From a virus (taxonomy: Duplodnaviria > Caudoviricetes), in the IMG/VR virus record IMGVR_UViG_3300044854_000029, positions 1-29,314 of that record: 29,314 bases of DNA; one strand, written 5' to 3'. A program made the translations under genes and the position numbers. Under the pieces are notes generated by a model, which saw nothing but the letters and a program-made list of their open reading frames with translations, searched no databases and had not been told where the DNA came from. The first letter of the stretch is position 1, and every line of letters starts with the position of its first letter. Below, one piece after another: positions 25,130 through 29,314 of this stretch.

Positions 25130-25763
25130 ACGCTTTTCGCAGCAGAATGAATTGCTCCTGGCAAATCGGGATCACCTCAGCAGACCAATGCCTGTGCTCG
25201 AAGCTCACCGGGTCATCCTCCGCATCGGGCTTGCTGATTCGCAGGATGTCGATGCCGCCGATTGGCTCGCTTGGAAAGTGCTCCTGCCACAAAAGCGAAT
25301 AGCCGCCGGCGACCTGGATAAGCTGATCGGTGTAGATGCCAGATGCGGTTTTGTAATCCAAAAGCCGCAAGCTCCCGCCAATCATCGCGGCGTCAAAAGT
25401 CCCGGCGAATTGATGGCGCTCAGAAACCAGACTCAACTCTGCCGCTTTCAGTTTCAATTTCGATTGTTCTGCCCATTCCAAAAAGGCCAGAAAACAGTGA
25501 TCCGCTTTGGCCAGCACATTCGATTTCCAAGCCGTCCGGTCGAAGGTCTCGCCATGCAAATGATCGTCAATCATCTGGTGCGTTGCCGTGCCGGCGTCAG
25601 CGGCCCGGTCGCGGGCGTCATTGATGTCGATGCCTTCTTTCCCGCAGTTGTAGGCCCACTGAATCAGGCCGCCAGCTTCTTTGAACCGGGAGAGAATCGT
25701 GGTGACACCCGGCACCTTTTTGCCAGCCTCGTTTTTGTATCCGCCTTTAGGTCTGCCTGCCAT
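25095..25763 (-). CDS. PD-(D/E)xK exonuclease (phage exonuclease/Cas4-like fold)
   Basis: VPGVTTIL, GTATH, FAGTFDA, LLDYKT, QVAGGY motifs. Confidence 0.85.
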   Translation of the reverse strand: MAGRPKGGYKNEAGKKVPGVTTILSRFKEAGGLIQWAYNCGKEGIDINDARDRAADAGTATHQMIDDHLHGETFDRTAWKSNVLAKADHCFLAFLEWAEQSKLKLKAAELSLVSERHQFAGTFDAAMIGGSLRLLDYKTASGIYTDQLIQVAGGYSLLWQEHFPSEPIGGIDILRISKPDAEDDPVSFEHRHWSAEVIPICQEQFILLRKAYEGDKRIKGLL

Positions 25764-25778
25764 AAATCAAATCCTTCC

Positions 25779-26243
25779 TCATGCGGCATTCCCCGCCGGG
25801 CACGGTTTGCAATCCCCGCCCTTCCATTGCTCGGCAAACAGCGGTTGCGGTTCCTCATGCCCACAGATTACACGCATGCGCTCCACCTCGACGAACTCTC
25901 CCACCTCGACCGTCTGAGTCTTCGGCACGCGCTCCTTGAACTTCTCGACCCGGCATGACGGCGGCAGGCCGTTGCAATAAACCATGACTCCGATTGTATC
26001 CGTGAGCTTGCCCGAGAGCACAGTGCGCGGCTCGTCCTCTGGCCAAACCGATTTGTCCCGCTTTTGAATGCCCAGCGCCCGGAATATTTCCTGGGCCTCG
26101 GCATAGCTCTTGACGCCGTGAATGGCGATCTGCGTGTCCGGGGGATGCGCGTATCGGCGCACGTTCAACTCAACGCTGTGGCCGAATGGCAAAAGCGCGT
26201 CGAGTATCCTGGTGAGCGAGTTTAGCTTTGCTATGGTGTTCAT
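25779..26243 (-). CDS. Hypothetical protein
   Basis: AAGGA RBS before ATG 26243. Confidence 0.6.
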   Translation of the reverse strand: MNTIAKLNSLTRILDALLPFGHSVELNVRRYAHPPDTQIAIHGVKSYAEAQEIFRALGIQKRDKSVWPEDEPRTVLSGKLTDTIGVMVYCNGLPPSCRVEKFKERVPKTQTVEVGEFVEVERMRVICGHEEPQPLFAEQWKGGDCKPCPAGNAA

Positions 26244-26256
26244 GTCTGTCCTTTGG

Positions 26257-26604
26257 TTAAGTGCTTTCCCGATCAAATCTCCGCAGCAAATCCCCCAGCG
26301 CCGCCCGCGCCTGGGCCGCCTGCCCGTTGTGCATGTGCGCGTGGATATGGCGCAGCTCGGAAATAAGAGCGCGAACGTCAGCGTGACTCGCGAGCACGCC
26401 CTTCAACATATTGTTCTCGGCGCGGAGTTCGATCAGCTCTTTGCCAAGCGCCTTAAGCATTTCAGCGATAAGAGAGGTTGCCCTTTCGTCAACGATTTGC
26501 TCGTCCGCCAACTTGAGGGCATGGTTGAAGCCTTTGATATAGGCTTTGTCCTCCGCTGAATCTCCAGCCAGCGCGTTCATTGAATGCTTTTCGTATAAAC
26601 TCAT
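26257..26604 (-). CDS. Hypothetical coiled-coil protein
   Basis: 115 aa; ATGA overlap. Confidence 0.6.
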   Translation of the reverse strand: MSLYEKHSMNALAGDSAEDKAYIKGFNHALKLADEQIVDERATSLIAEMLKALGKELIELRAENNMLKGVLASHADVRALISELRHIHAHMHNGQAAQARAALGDLLRRFDREST

Positions 26605-26876
26605 GCCGCCATTGCCTCTCTGTCCGCTCGCTCTCGTTCAATCCATAATGACCTGGTTACGCCTGAGATTGCTTTTTGAATGTCGGGGCGTAATCGGGCG
26701 AAATCATGCTCGAAAACATCAAATGCTGCATCCTCACTTTCGAGGCACTTTTTGAGATATTCCAAATTGAAACAGTGGTTGCCTTGCGGTAGTACAGAAA
26801 AAGTGGCTTGAAACGTATCTGATGCCACCCGGCTGAAAACAATCCGACACCATACTTTTGACCAGTAGTTATTCAT
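26601..26876 (-). CDS. Hypothetical protein
   Basis: 91 aa; GAAAGG RBS. Confidence 0.55.
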   Translation of the reverse strand: MNNYWSKVWCRIVFSRVASDTFQATFSVLPQGNHCFNLEYLKKCLESEDAAFDVFEHDFARLRPDIQKAISGVTRSLWIERERADREAMAA

Positions 26877-26893
26877 ATTGCCTTTCTCGCGAG

Positions 26894-27262
26894 TTATTTC
26901 GCTGCTGCTAAACCTCCGAGCCGCGCTATCTCGCGCCGTCGCTCCGGGCTTAAATTCCGCGCTCTGGTCAATCCGCCCTTGCGACCGGCGCGACGGGCCA
27001 TTGCCATAAATTGTTCCAGAGTTTGAATTTTGGGCTTGCGGGGTTCAGGATTAACCGTTGCGTTCAAATCGCATTGTCCCTTGCGGATGTAAGCCCGAAT
27101 GATTTGCTGTTCTAGGCGAATGCCATCAACCCAGCAAACCCTCAAGACTCGAAAGGATAGTTGTTTGCCTGAATGCTGTTGTTCCCGCTTCGACGGGTTA
27201 GCGGTCAGTCCAACATAGCGACATTTGCCGTCGCTATCGAACAAGCCGTAAATTGATTTCAC
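26894..27262 (-). CDS. GIY-YIG domain protein with a basic C-terminal KGG-like motif
   Basis: SIYGL..RYVGLT..R..H, E..I; C-terminal GRKGGLTRARNLSPERRREIARLGG. Confidence 0.7.
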   Translation of the reverse strand: MKSIYGLFDSDGKCRYVGLTANPSKREQQHSGKQLSFRVLRVCWVDGIRLEQQIIRAYIRKGQCDLNATVNPEPRKPKIQTLEQFMAMARRAGRKGGLTRARNLSPERRREIARLGGLAAAK

Positions 27263-27268
27263 GCCCCT

Positions 27269-27296
27269 AATTTATCCAACGCTGGATTACTTGCAA
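27269..27296 (-). promoter_or_regulatory. Leftward promoter with an operator in the spacer
   Basis: TTGCAA-16-TAAATT, 6 nt before GTG 27262; spacer overlaps ATCCAACGCTGGAT. Confidence 0.6.
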
Positions 27297-27316
27297 CAGA
27301 AATCGCAAACTATTTT

Positions 27317-27469
27317 TCAGGCTGCTGCGGCGAGCTTGCGCTTGCGGTTCTTGCTTCCGGGCGGGCGGCCTCCCCATCGCCTTCCGTTCTCTCTAGCGGC
27401 TTCGGCTTTGGCTGGACTGGTCATGCTGCCGAGCGCAACGGCGGCGGGGTTCTTGGCTTTCTCTTTCAT
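27317..27469 (-). CDS. Small basic putative DNA-binding protein (50 aa, MKEKAKNPAAVALGSMTSPAKAEAARENGRRWGGRP...)
   Basis: Translated by hand; KNPAAVALG and AARENG..GGRP motifs resemble small phage basic proteins; candidate regulator. Confidence 0.6.
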   Translation of the reverse strand: MKEKAKNPAAVALGSMTSPAKAEAARENGRRWGGRPPGSKNRKRKLAAAA

Positions 27470-27478
27470 TGCAGGCGA

Positions 27479-27507
27479 ACCATAAACCAACGCTTGATTG
27501 TCAGCAA
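27479..27507 (-). promoter_or_regulatory. Leftward promoter with a degenerate operator in the spacer
   Basis: TTGCTG-17-TATGGT; spacer contains CCAACGCTTGATT (27487-27499). Confidence 0.5.
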
Positions 27508-27529
27508 CGAAAATAATTCCAGAAAAGAG

Positions 27530-27558
27530 TTGCGTTTATCCAACGCTGGATTTATCTT
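27530..27558 (+). promoter_or_regulatory. Rightward promoter with an operator in the spacer
   Basis: TTGCGT-17-TATCTT; the spacer is TTATCCAACGCTGGATT. Confidence 0.6.
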
Positions 27559-27682
27559 CCCCCCGTGGACGCGAACCCCGCAACACCAAAACAAATCTGC
27601 CGCGCGTCGTCAGCGTGTCCGAGCTGCTGCCGCAACTCGGGGTTCGCCGCTGGCGATTGCGCGGCGCTTTAGGAGAGACACA

Positions 27683-27816
27683 ATGAAAACCATGACAGCT
27701 AAGTATCCTGGCACCTGCGCGGCTTGTCCGTTATCCGGTTCTCTAGCGGGCATGTAATGACGCAAAACGCCAAGGGCCGTTGCGAAGATGCGCCTTGCTG
27801 CGGTTGCTGCACCTAA
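27683..27816 (+). pseudogene. Frameshifted or deleted Cys-rich small phage gene
   Basis: MKTMTAKYPGTCAAC in one frame and VIRFSSGHVMTQNAKGRCEDAPCCGCCT* in another; AGGAG RBS. Confidence 0.55.
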
Positions 27817-27842
27817 ACCGCAATCCCTCACCCCTTAATCCC

Positions 27843-28148
27843 ATGAGCTTCTTATCCAAAAAATATCAGCCTGTCGCTGTCGTTTCTTTATCGTCAACCC
27901 CCAACGAATCCCAGGAACGGGATGTCACCAGGGAAGCGTATTCCGCTCTGAAACGCGATTATCGCAGGATGGAACAAAAGCGTAACGCAGCCTTCGCTCA
28001 ACGCGATGCTTTGCTCAAGGCTTGCAAGCTTGCACTCGGCCAACTCGAAGGCGCAAAGCCCTTGTCCGGTGTTCATGCCTCATCGCTTCGCGCCGACATC
28101 AGCATTGTGCGAGAAGCAATCGCCCTCGCTCAGAAAAGCCCGCTGTGA
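27843..28148 (+). CDS. Hypothetical protein
   Basis: ATG 27843; ..QRDALLKACKLAL..REAIALA pattern common in phage early genes. Confidence 0.55.
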   Translation: MSFLSKKYQPVAVVSLSSTPNESQERDVTREAYSALKRDYRRMEQKRNAAFAQRDALLKACKLALGQLEGAKPLSGVHASSLRADISIVREAIALAQKSPL

Positions 28149-28330
28149 ATGCTCAATCCAAAACCCCGAAGCAAATCGCCAAGCGCCTCGATTACTTGCG
28201 CGGCGAAATCCAAGCCGAACGCATCAGTTACGCCGAAATCGCAGAGTTGCAATCTCTGGCCAAACACATCGCCCAAGACGACACCCTCTTGCGCGAGTGG
28301 GCAGGTTTGCCGGAACATCAGAGGCACTGA
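28145..28330 (+). CDS. Hypothetical protein (61 aa)
   Basis: GTGA overlap; RLDYLRGEIQAERISY..EWAGLPE. Confidence 0.6.
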   Translation: MNAQSKTPKQIAKRLDYLRGEIQAERISYAEIAELQSLAKHIAQDDTLLREWAGLPEHQRH

Positions 28331-28349
28331 TTCACCGCTGCCCCATCGC

Positions 28350-28376
28350 AAGCCCAGCCTCTTCGCTGGGCTTTTT
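28350..28376 (+). terminator. Rho-independent terminator
   Basis: AAGCCCAGC-ctcttc-GCTGGGCTT-TTT. Confidence 0.75.
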
Positions 28377-28592
28377 CGCGTACTCATGCATCAAGCGGAC
28401 CTCTCGCCCAATTCCCCCTGCTCGCTTATCCCGCGTCTAGGGCACGCTGCACAGCGAACCACGCTTCGCCAGTCCCTTGACCCTCGCTCCCTCTCAAAAC
28501 CCCGCCCAAACCCGTTTACGGCGCATTCCGCCGCACTATAGCCAAGCCTTTAGCCTTGCAATTCCACTGACCTGGGTATATTCACCCATGTC

Positions 28593-29003
28593 GTGCCAGA
28601 TATCGCTCTTGCCGTAGTTCAGCCGCCTCTCTTGCGTAAGGCCAAACCTTGCGGCATTCGCGCCGGTAAGAATCGTCTCTCTCGTCTCACTCATGCTCTT
28701 GATATTCAAGATGCTATCGCACGTGCCGTGAACGTCCTCGAAGCCGATCTAAAGTCTGAGCCTGACCGAGACACGCGTGCTCGCATTGCCACTGCGATGG
28801 CTTCTAGCGGTCGAAGTTACCAGGCTTTGCAGACCGTTGTGTTCGCTCTGCGCGGCCACGGCGTTCCCAAGCCCGTCGAAGCGCGCAACGCCACGCCGAA
28901 GCAGAAGCGCCGTGCACCAGTCGCCCCGCTCGGGCCCGCGAAGCCTAAGCCCGCGGCGCCGGACGATCCGCAAGCGCCAGCTCCGGGTAGCACCAACGCC
29001 TAG
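28593..29003 (+). CDS. Hypothetical helical protein (terminase small subunit candidate by position only)
   Basis: 136 aa; helical core and basic/Pro tail; preceded by TTGCAA..TATATT promoter-like boxes. Confidence 0.45.
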   Translation: MPDIALAVVQPPLLRKAKPCGIRAGKNRLSRLTHALDIQDAIARAVNVLEADLKSEPDRDTRARIATAMASSGRSYQALQTVVFALRGHGVPKPVEARNATPKQKRRAPVAPLGPAKPKPAAPDDPQAPAPGSTNA

Positions 29004-29314
29004 TCGCGAGTCCTGCGACCGATCAAGCAAAGCGCGGGGCTCGCTTGGCCTGGCCCGCGAGAAAAGCATGCTAAGGTTGCTTTGCCGCGCGGACCGTCCC
29101 CGCACCGTGCCCCAGCCACCCCCGCTATCAGGCGCGACGGCTCTGGATGGAACCGACACTTGCGCTGGGACAAGGTTTTCTGGGAAAGAGCAAAGGCGTG
29201 TTCGGTAGCGCGAGTCGCTTGGAGAGCCGGCTTTGGAGAGGAGCGAAGTTTCGGGAAAGCCAATGTTTTCGCCGGCGCGGAGGTGTTCAGAAAGGAGCCA
29301 AATCTCAGGAATGA

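Noticed and set aside
25095-25763. Cas4 acting as an adaptation module for the RAMP cassette
   Set aside because: It lacks the Fe-S cysteines and sits beside an SSAP, as an ordinary phage recombination exonuclease would
29000-29314. ORFs or a pac/terminal signal at the window end
   Set aside because: No convincing protein or repeat; insufficient context

Overview
A ~29 kb segment of a tailed dsDNA phage or prophage. The host may be Verrucomicrobiota-like, inferred only from Thr-Asn-rich signal-peptide proteins. The plus strand (1-21.1 kb) carries morphogenesis genes: a large virion protein, a scaffold, a five-gene glycosyl/methyltransferase block, a major capsid gene flanked by GIY-YIG and HNH-AP2 homing endonucleases, fibre/LamG/Fn3 proteins with export signals, a holin and a degenerate tRNA(CAT). 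The minus strand (21.2-27.5 kb) carries early genes: a RusA-like gene split over two frames, an SSAP, a PD-(D/E)xK exonuclease and a GIY-YIG protein. A divergent promoter/operator switch lies at ~27.3-27.55 kb. The standout is a stand-alone Cas7/RAMP-like gene (19168-19806, minus) flanked by two 5-nt-periodic GGY-NN arrays, with a third orphan array ending in a GNRA hairpin at 2655-2771. This matches, from my recollection, the VIPR-type RNA-guided architecture. Reading only the NN dinucleotides with every third target base skipped, two arrays spell, in codon phase, diverged homologues of this phage's own scaffold gene and of the RAMP gene itself. They therefore look like guides against related competitor phages, including the competitor's own RAMP system. 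All alignments were done by hand and no database searches were run.
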